Below, piece after piece: positions 1 to 9,896 of a stretch of DNA of 64,000 bases (the stretch's first letter is position 1; the number at the start of each line of letters is the position of its first letter). The notes below the pieces were generated by a model. The model did not search any database and was not told the origin of the DNA. It worked only from the letters and a program-made list of their open reading frames with translations. This DNA is from Saprospiraceae bacterium (GTDB lineage: Bacteria; Bacteroidota; Bacteroidia; Chitinophagales; Saprospiraceae), in the NCBI GenBank assembly GCA_030729925.1, contig JANQWK010000060.1:98819-162818 (forward strand), in the 5' to 3' direction. The translations under genes and the position numbers were made by a program.

Positions 1-1989
1 CCTTGTAAACACTTTATCAATGATACCCAATCTGGCGTTGGCGGCCGGCACAAAAGAACCCATTTGAGCCATGAGGCAAATAAGTGCGGTTTGTCGGAGC
101 AATGCAGACTTACCTGACATATTCGGACCCGTAATCATCATAATTTGTTGCTCCGCATTATCGAGCCAGACATCATTGGGGATATATTGTTCACCCAGTG
201 GCAGATGACGTTCGATCACGGGGTGCCTACCTTGTTGGATATCAATTACATGAGAATCGTCCAGTTGAGGCTTGGTATATTGATATTTTTTTGCCACGAC
301 AGCAAAAGAAAGGAGGCAATCCAGTTCGGCAATAACCTGTGCATTAAACTGAATAGGTTCGATAAAATCAAAAACGGCGGCGACGATCTTTTGGAAGCAA
401 ATCTCCTCCAGTTGGAGCATTTTTTCTTCAGCACCCAGGATTCGGGCTTCCAGTTCTTTCAGTTCTTCCGTCACATATCGCTCTGCATTCGTGAGGGTCT
501 GTTTTCTGATCCAGGTATCCGGCACCTGGTTTTTGTATTTATGGGTCACCTCCAGGTAATACCCGAAGACGCTATTGAAACCTATTTTTAGGCTGGAAAT
601 GCCCGTTCGTAGTATTTCAGCTTGTTGGATATCCACGAGCACCTGTTTGCTATTGGATACCAGGTGCCGCAGTTCGTCTAATTCCGGAGACACCCCGGAA
701 GCAATCACCCCTCCTTTGGCCACATTCACGGGAGGATCCTCGACAAGTTCCTTTTCAAGTTTGTCTCTCAAAGAAATACAAGGATTAAGCCCCTCCCCTT
801 TCCGGATTAGTCCCTCGTTGTCACACTCCAGTAGTAAATTTTTCAAGGGGGCGATCGCATCCAGGGCTCTTTTCAATTGTTTCAACTCTCGCGGATTGAT
901 TTTGCCGGCAGGCACACGAGCCAGCAGCCGCTCTATATCGCCGATCTGTCGCAGTAAAGCAGCGACCTCAACCCCTGTATCCTCATGATCAATCAGATGA
1001 GCTACTGTATCCAGCCGAGCTTCTATACGCTGTTGAGAGAGCAGGGGCAACGCTACCCATTTGCGCAGCAATCTGCTCCCCATAGGTGAAATCGTTTCAT
1101 CCAGCACCTGTAACAAAGAAGTTCCCCCATCGTGGTTGCTCTGAAGCAGTTCCAGGTTGCGTATAGTAAAGCGATCGAGCCACACATAATGCTCCGGAAA
1201 AATTCGGCTAATGCGGGTAAGATGCTGTAATTGTTTGTTTTCGGTTGTTTCAAGATAGTGCAGGATCGCTCCCGACGCTATTTGAGCCAGTTCCAGGGCA
1301 TCAATTCCAAAACCTTTAAGGTTGAGCACCTGAAAATGCTTGAGCAATTTTTCCCTGGCAAAATCCTGCTGAAAAGCCCAATCGTCTATGGGGTAGGTGT
1401 ACCATTTTTCGCCGAAGGTAGTGGCAAAGAAAGCCGACTCTTTTTTAGAAAACAGCACTTCTGCGGGCTGAAGGCTCTGCATGAGTTTGTCTATGTAAGA
1501 CAGCTCGCCCTCTGACACCAAAAACTCTCCGGTGGAGATATCCAGGAAAGAAACACCTGCCTTATTTCGGGCGCCGAAGTACAGCGCAGCGAGGTAATTG
1601 TTGCTCTTGTGATCCAATAACTTATCATCGGTGGACACCCCCGGGGTAATCACTTCGGTCACTCCCCGCCTGACGATCTTCTTTTGAGGATCCGGTTTTT
1701 CCAATTGCTCGCAAATCGCAACCCGGTAACCGGCTTTCACCAACCTGGGCATGTACAAATCCATAGAATGATGAGGAAAACCCGCCAATTCTACGTCGCT
1801 TCCACCGTTGTTGCGCTTGGTCAGCACAATCCCCAGGATGCCGGCTGTTTTTACGGCATCCTCTCCAAAAGTCTCATAAAAATCCCCCACCCGGAAGAGC
1901 AGGATAGCATCCGGATATTTTGCCTTCACCCGGAGGTATTGCTGCATCAGGGGAGTCGTTTTGCCGTCTTCCTTTTCTTTTTTTGCCAA
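1..1989 (-). CDS. mutS: DNA mismatch repair protein MutS (N-terminal ~660 aa; C-terminus lies beyond the window edge)
   Basis: Absent from the ORF track because it runs off the left edge. My reverse translation reads (M)AKKEKEDGKTTPLMQQYLRVKAKYPDAILLFRVGDFYETFGEDAVKTAGILGIVLTKR (MutS domain I). It continues collinearly to IMMITGPNMSGKSALLRQTALICLMAQMGSFVPA (MutS ATPase Walker A) at nt ~1-140. The first start after an in-frame TGA is TTG at 1987-1989. Confidence 0.93.
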   Translation of the reverse strand, partial: MAKKEKEDGKTTPLMQQYLRVKAKYPDAILLFRVGDFYETFGEDAVKTAGILGIVLTKRNNGGSDVELAGFPHHSMDLYMPRLVKAGYRVAICEQLEKPDPQKKIVRRGVTEVITPGVSTDDKLLDHKSNNYLAALYFGARNKAGVSFLDISTGEFLVSEGELSYIDKLMQSLQPAEVLFSKKESAFFATTFGEKWYTYPIDDWAFQQDFAREKLLKHFQVLNLKGFGIDALELAQIASGAILHYLETTENKQLQHLTRISRIFPEHYVWLDRFTIRNLELLQSNHDGGTSLLQVLDETISPMGSRLLRKWVALPLLSQQRIEARLDTVAHLIDHEDTGVEVAALLRQIGDIERLLARVPAGKINPRELKQLKRALDAIAPLKNLLLECDNEGLIRKGEGLNPCISLRDKLEKELVEDPPVNVAKGGVIASGVSPELDELRHLVSNSKQVLVDIQQAEILRTGISSLKIGFNSVFGYYLEVTHKYKNQVPDTWIRKQTLTNAERYVTEELKELEARILGAEEKMLQLEEICFQKIVAAVFDFIEPIQFNAQVIAELDCLLSFAVVAKKYQYTKPQLDDSHVIDIQQGRHPVIERHLPLGEQYIPNDVWLDNAEQQIMMITGPNMSGKSALLRQTALICLMAQMGSFVPAANARLGIIDKVFTR

Positions 1990-2176
1990 TTGTCAGGGTA
2001 TTTATTCAACTCCAACAAAGATAAGCTAAATACGCCAATCCGGAAGTATGGAGCAAGCAGAACCTTACCACTCCGATTTTTTAAGTTTGAATATTCGGAT
2101 GGGACTTTCTATTTTTACAGCCGGAAGCTAAACCCAAATTGGGTTTGCGTGTTTGTCCAATAAAAACTCCTCAGTT

Positions 2177-2524
2177 ATGGCAATTATGATCACGGATGAA
2201 TGTATTAACTGCGGTGCCTGTGAACCGGAGTGCCCCAACAATGCCATTTATGAAGGCGGGGTCGAATGGGCGATTGCAGATGGTACGCATATAAGTGGCG
2301 CGTATAAGCTGGAAGATGGCTCGGAAGTGGCCGCCGACCAAGCCAATGATCCGATTTCGGACGATTATTACTACATTGTTCCAGATAAATGTACAGAATG
2401 TGTTGGTTTTCACGAGGAACCACAATGTGCTGCCGTATGTCCGGTTGACTGTTGCGTTCCGGATCCGGAGCGGGTGGAGTCGGAGGACATTCTCCTGGCG
2501 CGAAAAGAAAAGCTCCACCTCTGA
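2177..2524 (+). CDS. 4Fe-4S dicluster ferredoxin
   Basis: 115-aa ORF from ATG 2177; the track ORF begins at an upstream TTG at 2153. It has two Cys clusters, CINCGACEPECP and CTECVGFHEEPQCAAVCP. Confidence 0.9.
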   Translation: MAIMITDECINCGACEPECPNNAIYEGGVEWAIADGTHISGAYKLEDGSEVAADQANDPISDDYYYIVPDKCTECVGFHEEPQCAAVCPVDCCVPDPERVESEDILLARKEKLHL

Positions 2525-2550
2525 TATTTTTTCCAGGAATCCTTTTCAAA

Positions 2551-2587
2551 ACAGCTCATCGGATGTATTCGGTGAGCTGTTTTTTTT
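2551..2587 (+). terminator. Rho-independent terminator after the ferredoxin gene
   Basis: Inverted repeat ACAGCTCA (2551-2558) / TGAGCTGT (2573-2580) is followed directly by a T8 run, 27 nt after the stop codon. Confidence 0.6.
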
Positions 2588-2616
2588 ATCTTCATGCAAA
2601 ACAAACCCCACGTAAT

Positions 2617-3384
2617 ATGACATATCTTCAATCATTTAGTTTGGAAGGAAAAGTTGCCTTAGTTACCGGATCCAGCAAAGGCATTGGCGCTGCTATAGCA
2701 CAAATATTCGCAGCTGCCGGCGCAAAAGTGGTTATTTCGAGTCGCAAGCAAGATCAGCTCGATGCCCTTGCGGCCACTTTTGCCGAAGAGGGACTTACCG
2801 TGTATCCTATCGCTGCCAATGTTGGCAATCCGGAAGACAACCAGCAGTTGGTGGAAAAAACAGTGGCACAGTTAGGCCCGGTGGATATTTTGGTGAATAA
2901 CGCAGCGTCCAATCCTTATTTTGGGCCTTTGGAAAACACTTCGGACGGTGCCTATGAAAAGATTATGTCAGTCAACCTAAAGGCACCATTTGACCTGGCC
3001 AAGTTGGTGTTACCGGGTATGTTGGAAAAAAAGTCGGGCAGCATCATCAATATTTCCAGCGTAGAGGGCATCAGTCCCGACAGTTTTTTAGGGATGTACG
3101 GGGTGAGTAAAGCAGCTTTGATCGCCCTTACGAAGTCCATGGCACGTGAGTGGGCATCTAAGGGCGTACGCGCCAATGTAATTTGTCCGGGTCTCATCAA
3201 GACCAAGTTTAGTCAGGCTCTTTGGAGCAATGACCCCCTGCTAACCCAAATGATGCACCATGTCCCTATGGGACGGATTGGAACGGTAGAAGAAATAGCA
3301 GGATTGGCCTTGTTCTTGGCTTCGGAAGCTTCCTCCTATTGCACCGGTGGTGTCTTTACTGCTGATGGGGGTTACACCATTTAA
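2617..3384 (+). CDS. SDR family oxidoreductase (short-chain dehydrogenase/reductase)
   Basis: ATG 2617 (MTYLQSFSLEGK...) lies just downstream of the terminator. Motifs are TGSSKGIGAAIA (Rossmann), NNAAS and YGVSKAAL (YxxxK catalytic motif). The track ORF is extended upstream to 2452. Confidence 0.9.
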   Translation: MTYLQSFSLEGKVALVTGSSKGIGAAIAQIFAAAGAKVVISSRKQDQLDALAATFAEEGLTVYPIAANVGNPEDNQQLVEKTVAQLGPVDILVNNAASNPYFGPLENTSDGAYEKIMSVNLKAPFDLAKLVLPGMLEKKSGSIINISSVEGISPDSFLGMYGVSKAALIALTKSMAREWASKGVRANVICPGLIKTKFSQALWSNDPLLTQMMHHVPMGRIGTVEEIAGLALFLASEASSYCTGGVFTADGGYTI

Positions 3385-3394
3385 TATTAAGGGT

Positions 3395-5065
3395 ATGAAA
3401 ACAGATATTGAAATTGCACAAGGCTGCACCCTCCAGGATATTGGAGCCCTGGCAGTCAAGTTGGGGCTTGGGGAAAAAGACCTGATCCGTTATGGGCATT
3501 ACAAAGCCAAATTGCCGCTTTCCCTGATTGATGAGGAAAAGGCAGCTCAAAGTAAATTGATCCTGGTCTCTGCCATTTCTCCTACCCCTGCCGGCGAAGG
3601 AAAGACGACTATGTCTATTGGCTTATCTGAAGCGCTCAACCAAATTGGCAAGCAAACAACTGCGGTATTGCGGGAACCTTCCTTAGGTCCTGTTTTCGGG
3701 ATCAAAGGTGGCGCAACCGGGGGAGGCTATGCACAGGTTTTGCCGATGGAAGACATCAACCTGCATTTTACCGGCGACTTCAGCGCGGTGGAAAAAGCGC
3801 ATAACCTGCTGGCTGCGTTGATTGACAACAATATCCAATCCAAGGCAAACAACCTCAATTTGGATCCGAGGACGGTAGTTTGGAAGCGGGTCATGGATAT
3901 GAACGACCGCGCACTTCGCCAGATAATTGTAGGATTGGGCGGAGTCAGTGGTGGCGTTCCCAGGGAGACAGGCTTCGATATTACAGCTGCCAGCGAAGTA
4001 ATGGCCATTCTGTGTTTGTCGAGCAATTTGGAGGACCTCAAGACCAGGTTGGGGAATATTTTTGTTGGGTTTACCTATGACAAAAAACCGGTATATGCGC
4101 GGGATCTTCAGGCCAATGGAGCCATGGCTGCTTTGCTGAAAGATGCCATTCAGCCCAACCTCGTACAGACCATAGAAGGAAATCCGGCTATTCTCCACGG
4201 AGGACCTTTTGCCAATATCGCACAGGGCACCAATACCGTTATTGCCACAAAGATGGGACTGAGTTTGTCGGATTACGTTGTCACGGAAGCCGGATTTGGC
4301 TTTGACCTCGGAGCCGAAAAGTTTCTCGATATCAAATGTCAGCATGCGGGTTTGTCGCCCCGTGTCGTGGTGTTGGTTGCAACCATCAGGGCGCTCAAAT
4401 ACCATGGCGGGATTGCCGTCGCTGATCTCAAAACCCCCAATCCCGATGCGGTGGCCAAGGGTATGGAAAACTTGGAAAAACACCTGGAGAACGCCCGTTT
4501 CCTGGAGCTTCCGGTAGTTGTTGCCATCAATCGCTTTGTCACAGACACCAACGAAGAGATACAGTTGGTCCAAGACGCCTGTGCCAAACTTGGCGTAGCG
4601 GCTTTTCCAGTGGAAGTTTGGGCAAAAGGAGGGGCAGGCGCATTAGACTTGGCCGAAGCAGTGGCTAAGATAGCCGACACCAATACCCAAAAATTCCGGC
4701 CGGTTTATAAGGCAAACCAGCCCGTATCTGAAAAAATTGAGGCTATCGCCAAAAACATATACGGTGCGGCTGAAGTCGCGTATAGCCCGAAAGCGCTGGC
4801 TGATCTGAGAAAAATCAAGCGACTCGATTTAGAGGGGCTTTATGTTTGTATCGCGAAAACCCAATATTCGTTTTCTGACAATCCCAAGCAATTGGGAAGA
4901 CCCCGTAATTTCACCCTGACCGTCAGGGAAATAGAAATTGCAGCCGGTGCGGGATTTTTGGTTCCCATCACAGGGGAAATGATGCGGATGCCCGGGTTGC
5001 CTGAAGTACCGGCAGCAACCAAAATAGACATTGATGCCCAGGGGAATATCTCCGGACTATTTTAA
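3395..5065 (+). CDS. fhs: Formate--tetrahydrofolate ligase
   Basis: ATG 3395 (MKTDIEIAQ...), 556 aa. It carries the PTPAGEGKTT nucleotide-binding loop and full-length collinearity with FTHFS as I recall it (LHGGPFANIAQG, KTQYSFSD). Confidence 0.95.
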   Translation: MKTDIEIAQGCTLQDIGALAVKLGLGEKDLIRYGHYKAKLPLSLIDEEKAAQSKLILVSAISPTPAGEGKTTMSIGLSEALNQIGKQTTAVLREPSLGPVFGIKGGATGGGYAQVLPMEDINLHFTGDFSAVEKAHNLLAALIDNNIQSKANNLNLDPRTVVWKRVMDMNDRALRQIIVGLGGVSGGVPRETGFDITAASEVMAILCLSSNLEDLKTRLGNIFVGFTYDKKPVYARDLQANGAMAALLKDAIQPNLVQTIEGNPAILHGGPFANIAQGTNTVIATKMGLSLSDYVVTEAGFGFDLGAEKFLDIKCQHAGLSPRVVVLVATIRALKYHGGIAVADLKTPNPDAVAKGMENLEKHLENARFLELPVVVAINRFVTDTNEEIQLVQDACAKLGVAAFPVEVWAKGGAGALDLAEAVAKIADTNTQKFRPVYKANQPVSEKIEAIAKNIYGAAEVAYSPKALADLRKIKRLDLEGLYVCIAKTQYSFSDNPKQLGRPRNFTLTVREIEIAAGAGFLVPITGEMMRMPGLPEVPAATKIDIDAQGNISGLF

Positions 5066-6228
5066 ACTTTTGCCTTGGTGGCCTGCTCGACGCAGGTCAC
5101 CAAGGTTTCCCAGTCTTCGGGAGTATTGTACAAGTGGGTAGATATTCGGATAGCTTCTCCGCGCCAGGAAACATAAACACGGCGTTCCTGTAGCAGCGTT
5201 TTTAAGCGCTCGCGATCAAAATACCGCTCTGGCAGATGCAATCCTACCAGGTGAGCAGGTCGGCGAGAGGGATCCGCTACCTGTACTCCTATTTCCTGCA
5301 GGTACTGAAGGGGGGCTTTAGTCAACTCCCTGCAATACCCCTGAATATTATCCACTCCCCATTCCAGCAACTGTTCAATAGCCGCTGACAACATAGGAGT
5401 AAGCACAAAATTGCTTTGTTCCCCCATAGAATACCGTCCAGCCAGAGGCTGGTAAGCATCCTTGTAGTTCACCAAGCCCTGAAAATTTTCACTATCCTTT
5501 CGGTTCAGCCAATTTTCCTCTATCGGTTTGCCCCCATCGAAAAAAGATCCATAATATGCTACCCCTATCGAATAAGGCCCCATTAGCCATTTGTAGCCTG
5601 CACAAATCAAAGCGTCCGGGTCCAGGGCTGTCACATCAAAGGGAAGAGCCCCTACAGACTGCGTGCCGTCAATAATCATCAGAGCTCCCACTTTTCGGGT
5701 AGCCTCTCTAAGCACCTGGAGATCCAACAAGTGTCCATCTGCCCAATGATTGTGGCTGATGGCCAGCACGCTTGTCCCTTCATGGATATGCTCGAGTAGT
5801 TGATCTGTAAGATTTCGGTGACTGGGTTCCAACCCGTTCGCACCAATTACCCGCAGCACGCCCCCCTGTTCATCGGCCAAACGTTTCCAGGAATAATAAT
5901 TACTGGGAAACTGCTCATCCAGCACGAGGATTTCCGCCCCTGGTTCAAGTCGAATATTGGCTGCCACGGTAGCTATCCCGTAAGAAACAGAGGGGATAAC
6001 CGCAATCCGACGATAATCTTCAGCATGAATTAGTTGTGCAAATTGCTTTTTCAGCTGAGCTGGCCCCTCAAAAAAATGAGAAGGAAACACCTCGTAGGGT
6101 TTTGCTTTTCGCGTCAGCGCTGACAAACCTGCCTCGGTCACAGACTTGAGCTGGGGTGACATATAGGCTCCGTTTAAATAGTGCACCTCATCGGGCAGCT
6201 CAAAAAGGCTTTTTTGGCAGGTAAGCAT
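5062..6228 (-). CDS. Aminotransferase class V-fold PLP-dependent enzyme (cysteine desulfurase / epimerase-like)
   Basis: 388 aa with fold-type I PLP features, including ISHNHWADG, IIDGTQSVG and the lysine region CAGYKWLMGP. The substrate is not assignable from sequence. Confidence 0.8.
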   Translation of the reverse strand: MLTCQKSLFELPDEVHYLNGAYMSPQLKSVTEAGLSALTRKAKPYEVFPSHFFEGPAQLKKQFAQLIHAEDYRRIAVIPSVSYGIATVAANIRLEPGAEILVLDEQFPSNYYSWKRLADEQGGVLRVIGANGLEPSHRNLTDQLLEHIHEGTSVLAISHNHWADGHLLDLQVLREATRKVGALMIIDGTQSVGALPFDVTALDPDALICAGYKWLMGPYSIGVAYYGSFFDGGKPIEENWLNRKDSENFQGLVNYKDAYQPLAGRYSMGEQSNFVLTPMLSAAIEQLLEWGVDNIQGYCRELTKAPLQYLQEIGVQVADPSRRPAHLVGLHLPERYFDRERLKTLLQERRVYVSWRGEAIRISTHLYNTPEDWETLVTCVEQATKAKV

Positions 6229-6241
6229 AACTTGTACAAGG

Positions 6242-6868
6242 TTAATCGGGTGAGAAAAAATTGAACTGAACGCCCAATCTTATTAGCAGCCGGCGGTATT
6301 GGATCTTGATTTCATCCACATCGGGCGACCAGGTATATTCTTTTACATATCGGATATCCTGAAAACGGTATCCTGCTTCTACATGAAACTGTGCCTTTTT
6401 TCCTTGTCCCAAGGTGATGCCCAACAAAGGGTGAAGCATCACCCCCCCGTAGGCTTTGGTAATACCTGAAGGCGGATCTGCGGTAGCAAAACCATAGCCC
6501 AGCCCAAGCGCATAATGTGGGCTAACCACATAGTCCATCACATATCCTCTCAACTCAGCATACACGGGAATCACCAGCAGCTGATCGGCCAGTTCGTAGT
6601 TATTGACCCCAAAACCAATGCCGGTATGCACCCAGCGGTTCCAGCGATGTCCAAGCACTTGTTCCAGGCCCAAACCCACCGTGAAATTTTGCTCAAAATA
6701 TCCTCCGAGACTAGCAACTTGGGTAATGGCATACCCATTGATTTTGGACTTTTGTCCAAAAAACAAGCGCTGCGGCTTTTCCGACGCTGTTTGAGCTTGG
6801 GTTACCCCTTGCAGGAGGAACATTAGCAGCAGCAAAGCTCCCAAAATGCCTTTGGTCATAGGAAGCAT
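6242..6868 (-). CDS. Hypothetical outer-membrane beta-barrel-like protein
   Basis: ATG 6868 gives MLPMTKGILGALLLLMFLLQGVTQAQ (signal peptide). The sequence has alternating aromatic/Gly-rich strands and a C-terminal ...LGVQFNFF. Its start overlaps the upstream stop (TGATG). Confidence 0.5.
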   Translation of the reverse strand: MLPMTKGILGALLLLMFLLQGVTQAQTASEKPQRLFFGQKSKINGYAITQVASLGGYFEQNFTVGLGLEQVLGHRWNRWVHTGIGFGVNNYELADQLLVIPVYAELRGYVMDYVVSPHYALGLGYGFATADPPSGITKAYGGVMLHPLLGITLGQGKKAQFHVEAGYRFQDIRYVKEYTWSPDVDEIKIQYRRLLIRLGVQFNFFSPD

Positions 6869-8151
6869 CAATTTTTGTAAACAGAAAGCAAGCTCAATTG
6901 CTTCAAGTCGCGCGGATTGGAATAATCAAACTGGTACAAACCGTCCGCCCCTATCACAATAGCAATTTTTTCCTTGGGGAGGGTAATCACATCGTAGGTT
7001 GTGAAACCTGTTTCGTGATCCAGCAGATTTTTGTCAATATTCTTCCAGTCTTTGGCATCAAACACTTTCAGCCCCTGGTCGTCTTCGCAAAGGAATAAAA
7101 TACCATCATCGAGCGAAAGACCTATTGGATGGTGCATGGGGTAAACCGCCAGCAAAGAAGGATTCGTCAGATCGCTTACATCCACCACTTCGAGTTGATT
7201 GGTAAAAGATTCGCATATTGTGCCATCTCTCAGCGTAACATAAGCCTTGTCACCCTCTACAAATACGGGATCGCAAGCCCTGGCATGACGGAAGACCGAC
7301 AATTGCCGTGGGGCGCTCGGGATGCTGTTGTCAAAAATATACATCCCATCATTTGCGCCGATAAACAAGTACTCCCCTAGCGGGAAAATTGTCTCGATGC
7401 CCCAACCGATAGGGACGGTATTTAGCAATCGCGGATCGCGAGGATCCTTCAGGGAGAACACTTTGAGGTCGAAATCACTCACGCTGTAAAGGTACCCACT
7501 GCTAATGGTAAACCTTGCCAGGGAGCCTCCGATCCCGCTTTCTGTCCCGATACTTCCCGCTGCATTGCCTTGGTTAGTCCCAATATTGGCAAACACGCGG
7601 TCGCTCGACTCCAGGCGAATGATATCCAGGCCAAAATTAGGATCGGTACATGGGATTTCAATCTGTTCTACGGACTGTTCGTAATACACGAGGGTTCCGC
7701 GGGCTCCGAACTCACCCAGGCCCGGAAAAACATTTTCCTCCCGGTTGATCAGCACCGGACGGCGGGGATCAGAAATGTCGAAGGATACTAAATCCAAATA
7801 GTTATCGGCATACAATACACTGCCAAGTACGGCAATATCCACATTGCCCTCAATCTTGATAAAAGCCACAAAAAGGGGATCAGCCGGATTGGCGTTATCA
7901 ATAATATGAACCCCTTTTCTATACTCATTCACAAAGATAAAATCGTCGTAAACGTAGATTTTCCCGGGTTGTTCCAAATTTTGCGACCGCTCAATCGCCA
8001 CGCTTGCATTGATCTCGCTTCGGGTTTTATAAACCGGATCAAAAGCCGTGTACGTGCGGGTTGTTTCGCAAGTATCTTCCAAACAGGAAGACACCTGGAA
8101 AGCCAGCACTAAGAGCATAAAGAAAAGGGGAAGTTTTGTTTGAGGGGTCAT
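6868..8151 (-). CDS. LVIVD-repeat beta-propeller lipoprotein
   Basis: 427 aa with a signal peptide ending LAFQVSSC. It has recurring repeat units such as GVHIIDNANPADP, LVSFDISDPRRP, LKVFSLKDPRDP, LEVVDVSDLTNP and GLKVFDAKD, typical of LVIVD repeats. Confidence 0.65.
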   Translation of the reverse strand: MTPQTKLPLFFMLLVLAFQVSSCLEDTCETTRTYTAFDPVYKTRSEINASVAIERSQNLEQPGKIYVYDDFIFVNEYRKGVHIIDNANPADPLFVAFIKIEGNVDIAVLGSVLYADNYLDLVSFDISDPRRPVLINREENVFPGLGEFGARGTLVYYEQSVEQIEIPCTDPNFGLDIIRLESSDRVFANIGTNQGNAAGSIGTESGIGGSLARFTISSGYLYSVSDFDLKVFSLKDPRDPRLLNTVPIGWGIETIFPLGEYLFIGANDGMYIFDNSIPSAPRQLSVFRHARACDPVFVEGDKAYVTLRDGTICESFTNQLEVVDVSDLTNPSLLAVYPMHHPIGLSLDDGILFLCEDDQGLKVFDAKDWKNIDKNLLDHETGFTTYDVITLPKEKIAIVIGADGLYQFDYSNPRDLKQLSLLSVYKN

Positions 8152-8209
8152 ACAGCTTCAATTTTACCTCTAAAATACAATCTTTTACCCAAGGTAGCAA
8201 TTACTGCCA

Positions 8210-9883
8210 TTAAGGCTCTACCGTATAATCATCTCCGCGCATTTCCTTATAGGCATTGATCAGGCCATTGGTAGAAGCATCGTGGCTCATCACATAGGCA
8301 GAACCTTCGAGTTCGGGTAAGATCTCATTCGCCAGTTGTTTGCCTAGTTCTACCCCCCATTGATCAAAACTATAAATATTCCAGATACATCCCTGAACGA
8401 AGATTTTGTGTTCATACAAGGCGATAAGGCTACCCAGCGTCTCGGGGGTTATTTGTTTGACCAAGATAGAATTACTGGGCTTATTCCCTTCAAAAACCTT
8501 GAAAGGAAGCAGTTTTTCGATGGCCTCCGGAGATTTGCCGGCTGCTTCCAGTTCTGCGTGGACTTCATCTGCCTGTTTGCCCTTCATCAGGGCCTCTGTT
8601 TGTGCAAAAAAATTGGACAATAGCAAATCATGGTGTCTGCCAACCGGATTGTGGCTCATGGCCGGTGCAATAAAATCGCAGGGGATCAAGCGCGTTCCCT
8701 GGTGGATCAACTGATAGAAAGCATGTTGGCCATTCGTACCCGGCTCGCCCCAGATAATTGGCCCGGTTTCCCAGCTTACCCGTTCACCGGAACGACTTAC
8801 CGATTTGCCGTTGCTTTCCATATTGGCCTGTTGGAAATAGGCGGGAAAACGGTGTAGGTATTGGTCATAGGGAAGAATAGCCTCAGAAGCAGCGCCGAGG
8901 AAATTGGTATTCCAAATTCCTATCAGGGCCAGTAGGATGGGCATATTTCTTTCCCAAGGGGTCTGGCGAAAATGTTCATCCATAGCATGGAATCCCTTGA
9001 GCAAGGACTCAAAATTGTCGTACCCAATGGTGCAAGCAATAGATAACCCGATCGCTGAAGTGAGTGAGAACCGACCTCCAACCCAGTCCCAAAACTCAAA
9101 CATGTTATCGGGATGAATCCCGAATTTGGCGACTCCGGAGGCATTGGTAGAAATTGCCACAAAATGGCTGGCCACACTTGACTCATCCTGTGTGTGCGAC
9201 AACAGCCACTCCCGTGCTGTATAAGCATTTTCCATGGTTTCCTGAGTCGTAAACGATTTAGACGCTACCATAAAAAGGGTCGTCTCGGGATCCAGTTGGC
9301 GGAGGGTCTCTGCAATATGTGTGCCATCAACATTCGACACAAAATGCACCTCCATCCCTGGTATCCAATAGGGCCTGAGCGCCTCTGTAACCATCAGTGG
9401 ACCCAAATCTGAGCCTCCGATACCCAGGTTCACAATCTGGCGGATAGGTTTACCGGAATAACCTTTCCACGTACCCGAATGAATTGCTTCGCAAAAAATT
9501 TTCATTTTTTTGAGCACGCGTTTTACCTCGGGCATCACATCGGTTCCATCCACAAAATAGGGGCGGTCTGAGGTATTACGGAGGGCAACATGTAATACAG
9601 ACCTGCCTTCCGTAACATTTATCCGTTCTCCTGCAAAAAACTGTTTGATGTTATCTTCTAAATGGGACTCCTTAGCCAATTGTAAGAGCAGGGATAGGGT
9701 CTCTTGGGTAATGCGATTTTTGGAATAATCCAACAAAAAATCATTCCACTGAACAGACATATCCTTGAAACGATGCGTATCCTGCTCAAACCAATCGCGC
9801 ATTTGCATCAGGTGAATCTGTTCATAATGCAGCTGAAGCTTTTTCCAGGCAGGTAAATCCACAGGGTTTCGAGAATGTAACAT
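8210..9883 (-). CDS. pgi: Glucose-6-phosphate isomerase
   Basis: 557 aa, full-length PGI collinearity ([47 protein letters not shown]). Confidence 0.95.
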   Translation of the reverse strand: MLHSRNPVDLPAWKKLQLHYEQIHLMQMRDWFEQDTHRFKDMSVQWNDFLLDYSKNRITQETLSLLLQLAKESHLEDNIKQFFAGERINVTEGRSVLHVALRNTSDRPYFVDGTDVMPEVKRVLKKMKIFCEAIHSGTWKGYSGKPIRQIVNLGIGGSDLGPLMVTEALRPYWIPGMEVHFVSNVDGTHIAETLRQLDPETTLFMVASKSFTTQETMENAYTAREWLLSHTQDESSVASHFVAISTNASGVAKFGIHPDNMFEFWDWVGGRFSLTSAIGLSIACTIGYDNFESLLKGFHAMDEHFRQTPWERNMPILLALIGIWNTNFLGAASEAILPYDQYLHRFPAYFQQANMESNGKSVSRSGERVSWETGPIIWGEPGTNGQHAFYQLIHQGTRLIPCDFIAPAMSHNPVGRHHDLLLSNFFAQTEALMKGKQADEVHAELEAAGKSPEAIEKLLPFKVFEGNKPSNSILVKQITPETLGSLIALYEHKIFVQGCIWNIYSFDQWGVELGKQLANEILPELEGSAYVMSHDASTNGLINAYKEMRGDDYTVEP

Positions 9884-9896
9884 AAGAATAGATGAT

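Noticed and set aside
2130-2146. Perfect 7-bp palindrome AAACCCA-aat-TGGGTTT in the ferredoxin leader, plus a TAAGTTTG box at 2082-2089
   Set aside because: The palindrome is too short to separate an operator or leader hairpin from chance. The -7-like box lacks a correctly spaced -33 TTG, so I do not call a promoter.
145-2163. Plus-strand ORFs (145-591, 575-988, 1231-1515, 1684-2163) and the small minus-strand ORFs 246-434 and 1053-1253
   Set aside because: All lie inside the mutS coding region. The plus-strand ORFs are antisense to mutS and the two minus-strand ORFs are out of frame with it. Their products are low-complexity with no motifs. The mutS reading frame is continuous and highly recognisable.
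3683-4573. 296-aa minus-strand ORF
   Set aside because: It is fully antisense to fhs, whose identity is unambiguous. It is a shadow ORF.
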